Source: a virus
DNA length: 64,000 nt
IMG/VR virus record: IMGVR_UViG_3300025668_000745
Location: 20,644-84,643 of that record
Direction: 5' to 3' (one strand)
Position numbers and translations under genes: made by a program. A model generated the notes under the pieces. It was not told the origin of the DNA and searched no databases. It saw only the letters and a program-made list of their open reading frames with translations. This document shows positions 31,082 through 41,606 of this stretch, in pieces. The stretch's first letter is position 1. Each line of letters begins with the position of its first letter.

Positions 31082-32472
31082 ATAAAAAAGAAGCAGAGCG
31101 TTTAGAAAGTTTAGTACCAAATAAAAAGTTTTGTCCTGCTCCCTTTATGCATACATATATAAATTCAAATAATAGAGGATATAAACTTTGCTGTATGAGT
31201 CATATTGTTGGTCGTTGGGATACTGAACAAAGTCTTAAAGAACAACACGAAGAATTTTGGACTGGTGAAACTATGCAAAGTATTCGCCAAGATTTTCTTG
31301 ATGGCAAAATGCCAGAATCGTGTGAGTGGTGGTGCGGTCGTTGGGAAAAAGAAGGTATATATCATAAGAGTGATAGATTAGATTTTATAAAACGCTACGA
31401 ATTAGAATTAAAAGCAGGATTTACAGAAATAAATTGGGACATAACTCATGGTACTCTTGAATTCCAGAAGCCAGTTGATATTGATTTACGACCAAGTAAA
31501 ATGTGTAATTTAAAATGTCGTAGCTGTAATAGTCTTTGGTCCGATAAGATTGAACAAGAAGTACTTGCTAATCCAGAAATACAAGGATGGAGCCATTGGG
31601 ACATGGTAACACAAAGCCCTAATGCTATGCGTAAAGCAAAACAGATTGATTACTCAGATCCTAAGTTTGATGTTGTTAGTAATTTAGACTTTTCAAATGT
31701 ATTTCGTTTAAAAATGAGCGGAGGGGAAACGTTAGTTGATCCAAGAGTTTATAATATTATGAAAAAACTTGTTGATAGTGGCGAAGCAAAGAATGTACGT
31801 CTTCATCAAATTACAAACTGTACCAGCCTTCCAAGCAGAATATACGATTTACTGGCACAGTTCAAAGAAGTTAGTTTCAATATTAGTGTAGATGGCGTAA
31901 AAGAAACAGATGAATTTTTACGTGACGGGACCAGATGGGATCGAAAACAAAAAGTATTTGATAAAATCTTTACATTACCTAATTTAAAATGGGCTGGCAT
32001 AATGCATGTCTTCCAACCTGTTAGCGCATTTCAAGTAAAGCGTAATGTAGAATGGTTTTTAGAAGGATACAGAAAATATACAAAACAACATAACGGTGTT
32101 ACTTTTAATCCTATTGTTGATCCTTGGTATCTAAGTGTAAGTTGGTTAGATGAAGATCATAAAGAGTACATAAGACAGCAAGTAAAAGAATGTATAACAG
32201 AATTTAATATGTGTAAACAAGAACAACAATGGTTTGATCTGTTACATAGTGAATTAGATAAGACACAAACTGACGAGCGTCGAAAAAGATATGCAAATGA
32301 TTATGTGCGAGCAGAGTTAGCATTGGATAAAATAAGAAATACAAGTTCTCTTACTATAGAGCCTATGCTACAAAGATATTTTGATAGATACGATCCAAAC
32401 AATGTTACACACGGTGACAAAACAGGAAGACCAGGAGCCCACTTTGATGGAAAACCAAAACCAACAGTCTAA
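31069..32472 (+). CDS. N-terminal twitch-domain radical SAM protein
   Basis: FCPAPF..LCC..CEWWC; CNLKCRSC; GGET; SVDG. Confidence 0.9.
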   Translation: MAKIDKKEAERLESLVPNKKFCPAPFMHTYINSNNRGYKLCCMSHIVGRWDTEQSLKEQHEEFWTGETMQSIRQDFLDGKMPESCEWWCGRWEKEGIYHKSDRLDFIKRYELELKAGFTEINWDITHGTLEFQKPVDIDLRPSKMCNLKCRSCNSLWSDKIEQEVLANPEIQGWSHWDMVTQSPNAMRKAKQIDYSDPKFDVVSNLDFSNVFRLKMSGGETLVDPRVYNIMKKLVDSGEAKNVRLHQITNCTSLPSRIYDLLAQFKEVSFNISVDGVKETDEFLRDGTRWDRKQKVFDKIFTLPNLKWAGIMHVFQPVSAFQVKRNVEWFLEGYRKYTKQHNGVTFNPIVDPWYLSVSWLDEDHKEYIRQQVKECITEFNMCKQEQQWFDLLHSELDKTQTDERRKRYANDYVRAELALDKIRNTSSLTIEPMLQRYFDRYDPNNVTHGDKTGRPGAHFDGKPKPTV

Positions 32473-33706
32473 AAAGGTATTTTGTACAGCACCTTTTTTT
32501 AATTTATATTATAAGGGTAATAAGGATTATAATAAAATAATGCCTTGTTGTGAAGGTCGTTTGGGATCTTTAGGTAACTTTAGTCATTATGAAGAATATA
32601 GTAAAAGTAAATGGTTACGAAATATAAGAAAGAAAATGCTTAACAACGAACCTGCAGAAATATGTACTCGATGCGTATCTGTTGAAGAAGCTGGCGGGTT
32701 CAATGCAAGAGAACATTATAGAAATTTACTTGAAAAAATAGAATTTAGGACAAAGGAAAAAGTAGAGTTTAATTTTAAAAACGGGAACCAACACGGCCAT
32801 CCGATGGCATTAGATTACAGAGGTAGTAATCTTTGTAATTTAAAATGCAGAATGTGTCATCAAGGAAGTAGTTCGGAAATTGCTAAAGAAATTAATAAAA
32901 ATCAAGATCTGTATCGTCCAATGGGATACGGTAACGGAGTAAGTCATTTATATATTAATAACAAACTGCCTAACGAGTTTATAGACGAGCTTAAATTAGA
33001 CAACGTGTATAGATTTAAAATCTTAGGCGGCGAACCGTTAATGCAAGAAGATGTGTACATAGGATTAGAAAAAATGGCACAGTTGCCACACAGGAAGGAA
33101 GTTGATATAAGTTTTACAACTAATGCAACTAACTTTCCAAAAAGATTCTATGACTTAATTGGAAAATTTAGACGTATATTGATGCGAGTAAGTCTTGACG
33201 GTGTTGATGATGTATTTGAATATTGTAGATCAAACGGCAACTGGGACAAAATTATGAAAAATATAACTTCGTTGTCTGAGCGGGGGTATACACAAAATGA
33301 ATTAGCTCTCGGTTTTAGTTTTGTTATACAATTTTATAATGTTTTTAGGATTTATGATATAATGGAATGGTGTGCTAAATGGGAAGATGAACATCCTATA
33401 GAAACTTCGATATGGTCAATGCATACATTTTTTAGTCCAATTGAACAAAATCATTTATCAACAGCAATGTGTACTACAGAAGATAGAGAATTTCTTAGAC
33501 AAGAGCTTGACAGATTCCTTAAAGATTATGGACGTAGGTCCTGGTTTGATCGTGTAGAAAACATTATATTCAATTTTGATGAAAATAGAAATTTTGATAA
33601 AGAAAAAGCCAAAGAAACACTAATTGTATACAGTAAAAATTTAGATAAAATTAGAAAAACCAATTTACCAGATTTACATGAAAGATATAGCAAATATTAT
33701 GAATGA
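32447..33706 (+). CDS. N-terminal twitch-domain radical SAM protein
   Basis: FCTAPF..PCC..CTRC; CNLKCRMC; GGEP. Start placed at ATG 32447 after SD AGGAG. Confidence 0.9.
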   Translation: MENQNQQSKKVFCTAPFFNLYYKGNKDYNKIMPCCEGRLGSLGNFSHYEEYSKSKWLRNIRKKMLNNEPAEICTRCVSVEEAGGFNAREHYRNLLEKIEFRTKEKVEFNFKNGNQHGHPMALDYRGSNLCNLKCRMCHQGSSSEIAKEINKNQDLYRPMGYGNGVSHLYINNKLPNEFIDELKLDNVYRFKILGGEPLMQEDVYIGLEKMAQLPHRKEVDISFTTNATNFPKRFYDLIGKFRRILMRVSLDGVDDVFEYCRSNGNWDKIMKNITSLSERGYTQNELALGFSFVIQFYNVFRIYDIMEWCAKWEDEHPIETSIWSMHTFFSPIEQNHLSTAMCTTEDREFLRQELDRFLKDYGRRSWFDRVENIIFNFDENRNFDKEKAKETLIVYSKNLDKIRKTNLPDLHERYSKYYE

Positions 33707-34889
33707 AACATACAATAGTATTAACCCCAGTAAAACAAATGAATTTATCATAACATGGGACACTGGCAAACGATGTAATTTTGACTGCGGCTATTGCGGC
33801 GATGACAGACATGACTTAGTGAGCAAGTTTCCAGACTTCGACGAGCTTGTTAAAGGTGTTGACTTTATTAAGAAATATTTAACAGTAATGATGCCGCATA
33901 GGAATAATCAAGTTGCTACACTTAGTTTAACAGGCGGAGAACCTACAGTTAATCCTAATTTTTTACGATTAGCAACATATCTAAACGATCAATTTAAAGA
34001 CTTTGAATACGAAGTTAAAACTATCTTAACTACAAACGGCAGTTTCCCTCAAAAAAATATTCAACATTTGGTAGATAATTTTAGAGGAATCACTCTTAGT
34101 TATCATTGTGATAGTAAAGAAAAACTTAAAGAAAAAGTAAGAGAAAATATCCTTATTTTACATAAGAGTATGAAAAGTTTTAAAGTAAATCTTATGATGC
34201 ATCCGTATGATAATTATTGGCAAGAATGTTTAGATTTAATCGATGTAATGGACGAGCATAAAGTTAAGTATGTTCCAAGAGTAATTAATGGTTTAAAATA
34301 TAGTCCAGAGCAAAGTGAATTTCTTACAAATTATTGGCAAAGGAAAAATAAAACTAAAACTGAAATAAAAGTAGAAAAAGTTGAATCAAAGCCACAAGAA
34401 GTTAAAAAAGAAAATGTCATACATCGAAAAATGAAAAAAGATGTTGAAAAAACATTTAACGAATTACGAAAAGATGAAACTAAAACTAATGTTATTCACG
34501 GCAGGCATTGTTGTAGTAAACACGAATTATCCTGCGGGTCAATGTGTGGATCTACGCAAAATCTTACATATGTTACCGATACAAGATTTCCAGAATGGTA
34601 CTGCGGTGTAAATTGGTTCTTTTTACATCTCGAAAGTCAAACAGATCAAATATTTCATCATCAAACCTGTCAAGCACAATACGGCAAAGGTAGGGGAGCA
34701 GTTGGTAAAATAAGTGAGTGGACAACTTTTACTGACAAAGTTGAAACTATGATAAACACAGGTAAAATGGAAACTATTCAATGTCCAAATAAAAAGTGTG
34801 GTTGCGGATTGTGTGCTACAAAGAGTATAGATAAAAATATGTTTAACAACTTAATGTCTAATCATATTAAGGGCGTAACATATGTCTGA
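33699..34889 (+). CDS. Radical SAM protein with Cys-rich C-terminal domain
   Basis: TWDTGKRCNFDCGYC; GGEP; C-terminal CC..CGSMC..C..C..CPNKKCGCGLC. Start at 33699 or 33678. Confidence 0.88.
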   Translation: MNETYNSINPSKTNEFIITWDTGKRCNFDCGYCGDDRHDLVSKFPDFDELVKGVDFIKKYLTVMMPHRNNQVATLSLTGGEPTVNPNFLRLATYLNDQFKDFEYEVKTILTTNGSFPQKNIQHLVDNFRGITLSYHCDSKEKLKEKVRENILILHKSMKSFKVNLMMHPYDNYWQECLDLIDVMDEHKVKYVPRVINGLKYSPEQSEFLTNYWQRKNKTKTEIKVEKVESKPQEVKKENVIHRKMKKDVEKTFNELRKDETKTNVIHGRHCCSKHELSCGSMCGSTQNLTYVTDTRFPEWYCGVNWFFLHLESQTDQIFHHQTCQAQYGKGRGAVGKISEWTTFTDKVETMINTGKMETIQCPNKKCGCGLCATKSIDKNMFNNLMSNHIKGVTYV

Positions 34890-36108
34890 TAACAGTCTTG
34901 GTATTCATATCGAAATATCTTCTAACTGTAACAGCAGATGTTTAGACTGTGGACGATTTGTCAAAGGTACAGACACTATTAATCCGTATGTTGATATTGG
35001 AAGTAAAGGCAATATCAGTATTTCGGCTATAGAAAATATTTTTGATAAATCTATATCAGAAACTGCACGATACGTAAATTTTACTGGAACTTATGGTGAC
35101 TTTACCTTACATCCCAATGCATTAGATATAATGAAATGTATTTCTAATAAAATACACCCGCACATAAAAAATAGAAATAAAAATGAGTTAACAGATAAAA
35201 TAAGATTACTTGCTGAAACAAATGGCGGAGCAAGAGACGACGAATGGTGGCACAAGTTTGGTGACTACATCTTAAAATATTTTGATAAAGGTAGTTTAGT
35301 TATATTTGCATTAGACGGCACCGACAACGACACGCACCAAATGTACCGTCGAGGTGTTGACTTTGATACAGTGTTACGACATGCAAAAATTTTAATTGAT
35401 AAAGGTATACGAACACGTTGGAGCTTTATAAGTTTTGCGCACAATGAACATCAACTCGACGAAGCAAAGCAAATGGCTAACGAAATAGGATTTACACAAT
35501 TTCGAATTAGAAGATCAAGGCTACGCCATAATCCAAAAACAATTACAAATGTAAAACAAAAAAAGAAAAACATAAGTGATAAACAAATATCAAAGTCTCA
35601 GATGTATACAGACTTAGTAAAAGAAAAAGAACATAGTGTTGTAAATGATGTTCCTAAGCCGTGGTATAAAAAGAAGATTGACGATTATGTAAATGAAACT
35701 TCTATTGAGTGCGAATGGAAAAAGAAACAACAAATTAGTATAGACTATACAGGAAGAGTTTGGCAATGTTGTTACTTTAGTAATTTTTATCATTATAACT
35801 TAAATCTGCCAGACTACGAACATGTGTCAAATAATGCATATGATTACAATTATAATAACCAAAACTACGAACGGTTAAGTGTCTACGAGGATAGATACAA
35901 TGACAAATGGAATAATATAAATCATAGAACACTTAGTAATATTTTAGGACACGATTTCTTCACAACAGATTTGCCTGATAGTTTTAATAACACTACAGAG
36001 CATAAACATAATCCAAGAATTGTACGATGTAGCAAATTTTGTGGAGAAAAGTCAAGAACTTTAGATAAGAAGCTAACATCTATTAATAAAGAAAAAGAGG
36101 AACAATAA
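34882..36108 (+). CDS. Radical SAM protein with C-terminal SPASM/twitch domain (paralog of 24012)
   Basis: HIEISSNCNSRCLDC; GTYGD; FALDG; FAHNEHQ shared with 24012; C..GRVWQCC..CSKFC. Confidence 0.9.
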   Translation: MSDNSLGIHIEISSNCNSRCLDCGRFVKGTDTINPYVDIGSKGNISISAIENIFDKSISETARYVNFTGTYGDFTLHPNALDIMKCISNKIHPHIKNRNKNELTDKIRLLAETNGGARDDEWWHKFGDYILKYFDKGSLVIFALDGTDNDTHQMYRRGVDFDTVLRHAKILIDKGIRTRWSFISFAHNEHQLDEAKQMANEIGFTQFRIRRSRLRHNPKTITNVKQKKKNISDKQISKSQMYTDLVKEKEHSVVNDVPKPWYKKKIDDYVNETSIECEWKKKQQISIDYTGRVWQCCYFSNFYHYNLNLPDYEHVSNNAYDYNYNNQNYERLSVYEDRYNDKWNNINHRTLSNILGHDFFTTDLPDSFNNTTEHKHNPRIVRCSKFCGEKSRTLDKKLTSINKEKEEQ

Positions 36109-37515
36109 ATGACTTACAAATCGCCGTCAGACACATTTTGCTTACTGCCTTGGGTACATTTAAGTACAAGACCGGACGGCAGTATGCGAGTATGTTGCAC
36201 AGCTAATGCAAGTAGTGTTGGCGCAACCAATGACAAAGAGCACGGCGGCCAAGTTGGCATCCTTAAAACTGAAGACGGTAAGCCTAATAATTTAAATGTT
36301 AGTGATTTTGAATCAGCATGGAACAGCACATACATGAAAAATGTGCGTAAGCAGATGCTTAATGGTGAAAAGCCACCCAGTTGTATAAAATGCTTTAAAG
36401 AAGAAGCGGCTGGTCACAATTCAAAGCGTATGTGGGAAACACATTATTGGAGCCAGAGAGTTGATGTTGATAAAATTATTGCTGACACAAAAGAAGACGG
36501 ATCAGTTCCACCTCAACTTGCGTACATTGATTTACGCTTTGGTACTAAGTGTCAGTTAGCATGTGTTATGTGTAGCCCACATGATAGTTCAGGTTGGATT
36601 AAAGATTATAAAGCAATTTTTCCTGCTGTAGAAAACGCCAGTCTTAAAGAAACAATGCAATGGCAAGACAAAGGAAGTTATAATGGTAGTAGTTATAACT
36701 GGCATAAACAAAATCCTACTTTCTGGAAACAGTTTTATGAACAAATGCCAAGTATGCAGCAGATCTATTTTGCAGGCGGCGAAAGTCTTATTATTGAAGA
36801 ACACTATGAAATACTTGAACACGCAATTAAAATGGGATATGCTAAAGATTTAGAGCTACGCTATAATTCAAACGGTGTTGAATGGCGTGAGGATTTATTT
36901 GATTTATGGAAAGAATTTAAACTTGTACGATTCCATTATTCAGTAGACAGTATACACGAAATGAATGACTATATACGTTATCCAAGTGTATGGAGTAGAA
37001 CAAGTGAAGTCTTTCATATATTAGATAACGAAACAAGTAATAACGTAGAAGTTACAGTTGCATGTGCAGTGCAAGCTCTTAATATATATTATTTGCCCGA
37101 CTTTATAAAATGGAAACTTAACGAAGGATTTAAAAAGATTAATATGTGGCCTTTTGGCGCCGGCGGTATTAACTATCACTTTGTATATCATCCACCGCAT
37201 TTAAATGTAAAAGTTTTACCCAAATGGTTTAAAGAAGAATGCCGTAAGAAGTATGAAGAATTTTATCCGTGGTGGGAAGCTAATTGGGAAAAGGGTGTAC
37301 CGAGCTGGCACAAAGGCAAAGTTGATTACGACAAATGGCGCAGTGCAAGTTATGGTATTGATAGATTAGAAGGAATGTTAACGTTTATGGAAAGCGAAGA
37401 CTGGAGTGTGCGACTTCCTGAAATGAAAGAATTTTTAGATTTATGTGACACACAACGCGGCATAACTTTTGCAGAAACTTTTCCTGAAATGAAGGATATA
37501 TTTAAGGATGTCTAA
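36109..37515 (+). CDS. N-terminal twitch-domain radical SAM protein
   Basis: FCLLPW..VCC..CIKC; DLRFGTKCQLACVMC; AGGES; YIRYP. Confidence 0.9.
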   Translation: MTYKSPSDTFCLLPWVHLSTRPDGSMRVCCTANASSVGATNDKEHGGQVGILKTEDGKPNNLNVSDFESAWNSTYMKNVRKQMLNGEKPPSCIKCFKEEAAGHNSKRMWETHYWSQRVDVDKIIADTKEDGSVPPQLAYIDLRFGTKCQLACVMCSPHDSSGWIKDYKAIFPAVENASLKETMQWQDKGSYNGSSYNWHKQNPTFWKQFYEQMPSMQQIYFAGGESLIIEEHYEILEHAIKMGYAKDLELRYNSNGVEWREDLFDLWKEFKLVRFHYSVDSIHEMNDYIRYPSVWSRTSEVFHILDNETSNNVEVTVACAVQALNIYYLPDFIKWKLNEGFKKINMWPFGAGGINYHFVYHPPHLNVKVLPKWFKEECRKKYEEFYPWWEANWEKGVPSWHKGKVDYDKWRSASYGIDRLEGMLTFMESEDWSVRLPEMKEFLDLCDTQRGITFAETFPEMKDIFKDV

Positions 37516-38830
37516 CACCTTTTGTCCTATTCCCTGGATATTTCAAGCAGTACGTAATAACGGCGATATTAGAGTATGTTGTCAAGCAAACGTAACTAAA
37601 AATCAAGGTGTTGTTAGACACGAAGACGGCAAACCGTATAATGCCGGAAGAGATGATATGTCAAAAGCACGTAATGCAACTCTTATGAAAGAAATACGGA
37701 AAAATATGCTTGACGGAGTATGGAGTGAAGAGTGTACTCGGTGTATGAACGAAGAAGCAAGTGGGTTAAACAGTCGAAGACAGTACGAATTAGAAAATTG
37801 GAAATTTGATTTAGACGAAGCAGCATCTATAACTGAGTTAGACGGATCTATATCTCAACCTCCAATAAGTTATTATGATTTACGCTTTGGTAATATGTGC
37901 AACCTTGCATGTCGTATGTGTGGCCCAACTGACAGCCATACCTGGTATGAACAGTGGATAGATTATCACGGCGGCGACGGATATGATGATACTCATGGTA
38001 GAGTTACGTTAAAGAAAAATGAAAAAGGAAGATTATATACCAACGATTATGATTGGCACAACAGCGAAAGTTTTTGGGAACAAATAGAAAAAAATATTTC
38101 AAATATTGACCATGTATATATGGCCGGCGGCGAGCCAATGATGATTGAACGTCATTACGAGTTTTTACAAAAGTGTATAGACAGCGGTTATGCAAAAAAA
38201 ATTATTATTGAATATAATACAAATATGACAACTTTGCCTGATCGAGTATTAAAAATGTGGACATATTTTAAACAAGTAAGAGTTGGCGCAAGTATAGACG
38301 GAATGGGTGATGTTGTTGAATATCAACGTTGGCCACTAAAATGGAAAAGTGCATATCGTAATTTAAAAAAACTTGATGACTATGCGTATAACAATAAAAA
38401 TATTATTGCTTGGATAGCATTTACAGTTACAGCATACAACGTATGGCATACACCAGAATTTATGTGGTGGAAATTAAAAGAAAGCGGATTTAAAGCAATT
38501 AACAGCACTAAGAAACGTCCTATTATTACACATCATGTTGCTCACGGACCAAAAAGAGCAAACATTAAGATTTTGACACCTGAGCTTAAAATAAAATTAC
38601 AAGAATATTATAACGAATGGATTGATCGTGTTAATGGCGATAACGAAATTACACCTTTACAAAAAGAAAAATTTGCTGATATATTAGCAAGTATTTTAAA
38701 ATTCTCCAATAGTGCAGATATGAGTGATCAAATACCGCAGTTTATAAAATTTACTAAATATCTCGACGATACTCGTAAGCAAGATATATTATCAATTGCG
38801 CCAGAATACAAGGATTTATTTGATGGCTGA
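37508..38830 (+). CDS. N-terminal twitch-domain radical SAM protein
   Basis: FCPIPW..VCC..CTRC; DLRFGNMCNLACRMC; AGGEP; SIDG. Confidence 0.9.
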   Translation: MSNTFCPIPWIFQAVRNNGDIRVCCQANVTKNQGVVRHEDGKPYNAGRDDMSKARNATLMKEIRKNMLDGVWSEECTRCMNEEASGLNSRRQYELENWKFDLDEAASITELDGSISQPPISYYDLRFGNMCNLACRMCGPTDSHTWYEQWIDYHGGDGYDDTHGRVTLKKNEKGRLYTNDYDWHNSESFWEQIEKNISNIDHVYMAGGEPMMIERHYEFLQKCIDSGYAKKIIIEYNTNMTTLPDRVLKMWTYFKQVRVGASIDGMGDVVEYQRWPLKWKSAYRNLKKLDDYAYNNKNIIAWIAFTVTAYNVWHTPEFMWWKLKESGFKAINSTKKRPIITHHVAHGPKRANIKILTPELKIKLQEYYNEWIDRVNGDNEITPLQKEKFADILASILKFSNSADMSDQIPQFIKFTKYLDDTRKQDILSIAPEYKDLFDG

Positions 38831-39830
38831 CTTTCTACCAATGATGTATCAAGATAGTCCAATAACTAAAGTACTCCAAGAATCAACAACTTTTAACTTT
38901 GCTACTACAGTATCAGATTATTGTAATTACTCGTGTCATTACTGCTGGCCTGGAGCACATGCTGGAACAATGAAACTTCCGCCACCTACAGATATATTCA
39001 AGCATAATATTAAAAAATATTGCAAATGGGTTAAAAAACATAACCCAAAAATAGAAAATTTTTATTTTCATTATAGCGGCGGCGAGCCTTCTATGTTCCC
39101 CCATATGTCTGATTACCTAAAGTTTGTTGCTGATGAAATACCTAATGGGTATAGCGGATTGCAAACAAACGGATCTCGAACAATTAGATGGTGGGAGAAA
39201 AATTTACCAAATCTTCATTCATTATCGATAAGTGTACATGTTGGTAGCGCAGATCCTAATCATTTAATAGAACTTGCAAAACTTTGTGAAGAACACAAAG
39301 TAGATTACAATCTAAATGTTGCAGCCGATCTTCGAAATAAAAAGAAAGTATTAAAATTTTTAGAATTATTTTCTAAAAATAATCTACAAACGGGATTTCA
39401 TCTAATACAAGAAATACACGAAACCTGGGACGATAATGATCTACACACTAATAAAGAGTTTTATGAGGCGTGTGATAGTTTTACAGCGCATTATCAAGAT
39501 CGTAATAGTAATTCAGAGTTACAACGTAAAGTAACATTTGAAACAGAAGATTCAAAGAAACCAATTAAGTTTGATGAAATGCAGAGAAGTTCAATGAGGG
39601 GAGATTGGACTGGATATGATTGTAATACACCGGCACAATTTATGATGATTAATTCACAAGGTCATTTATATATATCTTGTGGTAATAAAATTGGACCACT
39701 AATTAAAAAAATTGATTTATTTAAATCTAAATTATCAGTTATTCCTGCACAACCTTGGGTGCGTTGTACAACTGGATATTGTAAGTGTACAGGCTTATGG
39801 CATGCCAATAAACAATTAGTAATAAAGTAG
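38823..39830 (+). CDS. Radical SAM protein with C-terminal Cys cluster (paralog of 39866)
   Basis: CNYSCHYCWP; SGGEP; TNGSR; C-terminal C..C..CTTGYCKC. Start placed at ATG 38823. Confidence 0.88.
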   Translation: MADFLPMMYQDSPITKVLQESTTFNFATTVSDYCNYSCHYCWPGAHAGTMKLPPPTDIFKHNIKKYCKWVKKHNPKIENFYFHYSGGEPSMFPHMSDYLKFVADEIPNGYSGLQTNGSRTIRWWEKNLPNLHSLSISVHVGSADPNHLIELAKLCEEHKVDYNLNVAADLRNKKKVLKFLELFSKNNLQTGFHLIQEIHETWDDNDLHTNKEFYEACDSFTAHYQDRNSNSELQRKVTFETEDSKKPIKFDEMQRSSMRGDWTGYDCNTPAQFMMINSQGHLYISCGNKIGPLIKKIDLFKSKLSVIPAQPWVRCTTGYCKCTGLWHANKQLVIK

Positions 39831-39859
39831 TTGACTTTTGCAAACAAAGAATGTAATAT
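39831..39859 (+). promoter_or_regulatory. Sigma70-type promoter, probably giving a leaderless mRNA
   Basis: TTGACT, 17 bp, TAATAT; the ATG at 39866 is 6 nt after the -10 element; no SD. Confidence 0.55.
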
Positions 39860-39865
39860 ATTAAT

Positions 39866-40984
39866 ATGAGCGAAGATTTAAAATGGTCAAATTATGACTT
39901 TACTAAAATACCTTTTGACGACATTGTCTCTGTGGGGCAACGTACTCTGCTGTATCGTGATATATTTACTGTATCATGGTTACTTGGACGTTTCTGCAAC
40001 TACAAGTGTTCCTACTGTTGGCCCTATGCCCGAAGTGACCGTAAAGATCACAGACCTACCGAGCTCTGCTTGCGAACAGTGGATGAAATTAAACGTCAAG
40101 CCAGAGACAACGGCTTCAATTCTTTCCACTTCTCCTTGTCAGGAGGAGAGCCTACTTTCCATCCTGGATACTTGGACATACTAAAGCACTTAGCTGACGA
40201 TGTAGATAATACTAACTATACAAGTGTACACATGACATCAAACTGTAGTCGCAACATGCGTTGGTTTGAACAGTATGTAGAAGCAGTTAAACCATTTCAT
40301 AGAGCAAGCATTACAGCAAGCCTGCACACAGAACACTTAAACACAAAGGAGAAGATGCAGGACTTTGCAGATAAACTAATCCTGTGTCAAGAACACGATG
40401 TACAAGTTACAATTAATATGGTCATGGTGCCGGACTGGTTTGAACGTGATTGGGAAAATGCACTGTTCTTTCACGAACAAGGTATCAACGTTACTCTTAA
40501 ACCACAATCAGACCCTACTGCTTCTAAAGTTGTTGACGGATACAAACCGGAAGACCTAAAACGTTTACATAACGGTATGCCGCAACGTGCATATACAGAA
40601 AGCAAACGTAAGTGGGAAGGTAGACCAAAACCTGCCTTTCAAATTCCACAAGGAGCAGACGGGAAACTTGATGCAAGTGTGCCTTGGCATTTTCAAGTAG
40701 AGTTTAAAGACTCAACAGGTAAAAAATGGTTCATGGATCAAGCAGAAAGATTTAATGCATTTAATTTTAATAAGTTTGAAGGATGGCGATGTAATGCAGG
40801 GTATCAAGGAATTATTATACGTGAACCGGACGGTTCAGTAAAGCGTAGTTATAGCTGTCATGATACGCCTCTTGGTAACATAGAAACAGGATTTAAGTTA
40901 TTTGACAAACCTATGCCATGTATAACTAAATCCTGTGTAAGTAGTGCAGATAGTAAAATACCTAAGACTAAAATTATTTCTTAA
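39866..40984 (+). CDS. Radical SAM protein with C-terminal Cys cluster
   Basis: SWLLGRFCNYKCSYCWP; SGGEP; C-terminal CNAG..SC..CITKSC. Confidence 0.9.
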   Translation: MSEDLKWSNYDFTKIPFDDIVSVGQRTLLYRDIFTVSWLLGRFCNYKCSYCWPYARSDRKDHRPTELCLRTVDEIKRQARDNGFNSFHFSLSGGEPTFHPGYLDILKHLADDVDNTNYTSVHMTSNCSRNMRWFEQYVEAVKPFHRASITASLHTEHLNTKEKMQDFADKLILCQEHDVQVTINMVMVPDWFERDWENALFFHEQGINVTLKPQSDPTASKVVDGYKPEDLKRLHNGMPQRAYTESKRKWEGRPKPAFQIPQGADGKLDASVPWHFQVEFKDSTGKKWFMDQAERFNAFNFNKFEGWRCNAGYQGIIIREPDGSVKRSYSCHDTPLGNIETGFKLFDKPMPCITKSCVSSADSKIPKTKIIS

Positions 40985-41606
40985 ATACTACCGGAATTTC
41001 TTCTTTTATACGTCTTTCAATCTTTACATTTTCTGTATGATGCTCACGTCTTTGTCTTGTGCTATCTTTAAATCCGATACCCATTAAAAGTATACTTGGA
41101 TTATCAAACCCTAAAATTTCTTCAACTTCTGATTTATCGTAACATGCACAACACCCTGTTTGATAACCTAACATTGTAGCAATAACATTTAAATAGCCAG
41201 CAGCAATACCTACAGCCATTTCTCTATCACGTCTTAACATGTTGTTATCTGATTCGTCATTATTTTTAAACTTTTTGTTATATTGTGCAGACATATCATT
41301 TGCTTCAAATGCAACAAGTAAGTTTGCAAGTGTTTGTGGATTTGTACATTCTACTCTATCTCCTGTTTCAGGATCAGCATATCCTAATCCTAATGAATTG
41401 GCATGTACTTGTTCTATAATATTTCTGTCTGTAATAAAGTGGGCTTTGTAAAACGCAAAGTTTTGTTTGCTCGGACAGTTAGTAACAGCGTGTACTAAAA
41501 CATCAATATCCTCTTCTGGAATACTTTTACTAAGATCCCAATTTCGTTGTGTATGTTGGCTTTTGATTACTGATTTTTTAATCTCGTTGCGAAAGTCTAA
41601 TTCCAT
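40974..41606 (-). CDS. Nitroreductase-family flavoprotein
   Basis: SQHTQRNWD..IPEEDID.L..A..CPSKQN; GIAAGYL..A..LGYQTG; LMGIG; SD AAGGAG. Confidence 0.75.
   Translation of the reverse strand: MELDFRNEIKKSVIKSQHTQRNWDLSKSIPEEDIDVLVHAVTNCPSKQNFAFYKAHFITDRNIIEQVHANSLGLGYADPETGDRVECTNPQTLANLLVAFEANDMSAQYNKKFKNNDESDNNMLRRDREMAVGIAAGYLNVIATMLGYQTGCCACYDKSEVEEILGFDNPSILLMGIGFKDSTRQRREHHTENVKIERRIKEEIPVVFKK

Noticed and set aside
28110-39095. Recurrent GC-rich GGCGGCGA(A/G)CC sequence as a DNA repeat or recombination site
   Set aside because: Explained by the conserved GGEP protein motif; GGC-GGN is also used for Gly-Gly elsewhere in the window.
24012-40984. Assigning radical SAMs to QueE, MoaA, NrdG or PqqE, or a 7-deazaguanine DNA-modification pathway
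   Set aside because: No partner genes (queC/queD/folE/dpdA, moaC, nrdD, pqq) in the window, and the architectures differ.
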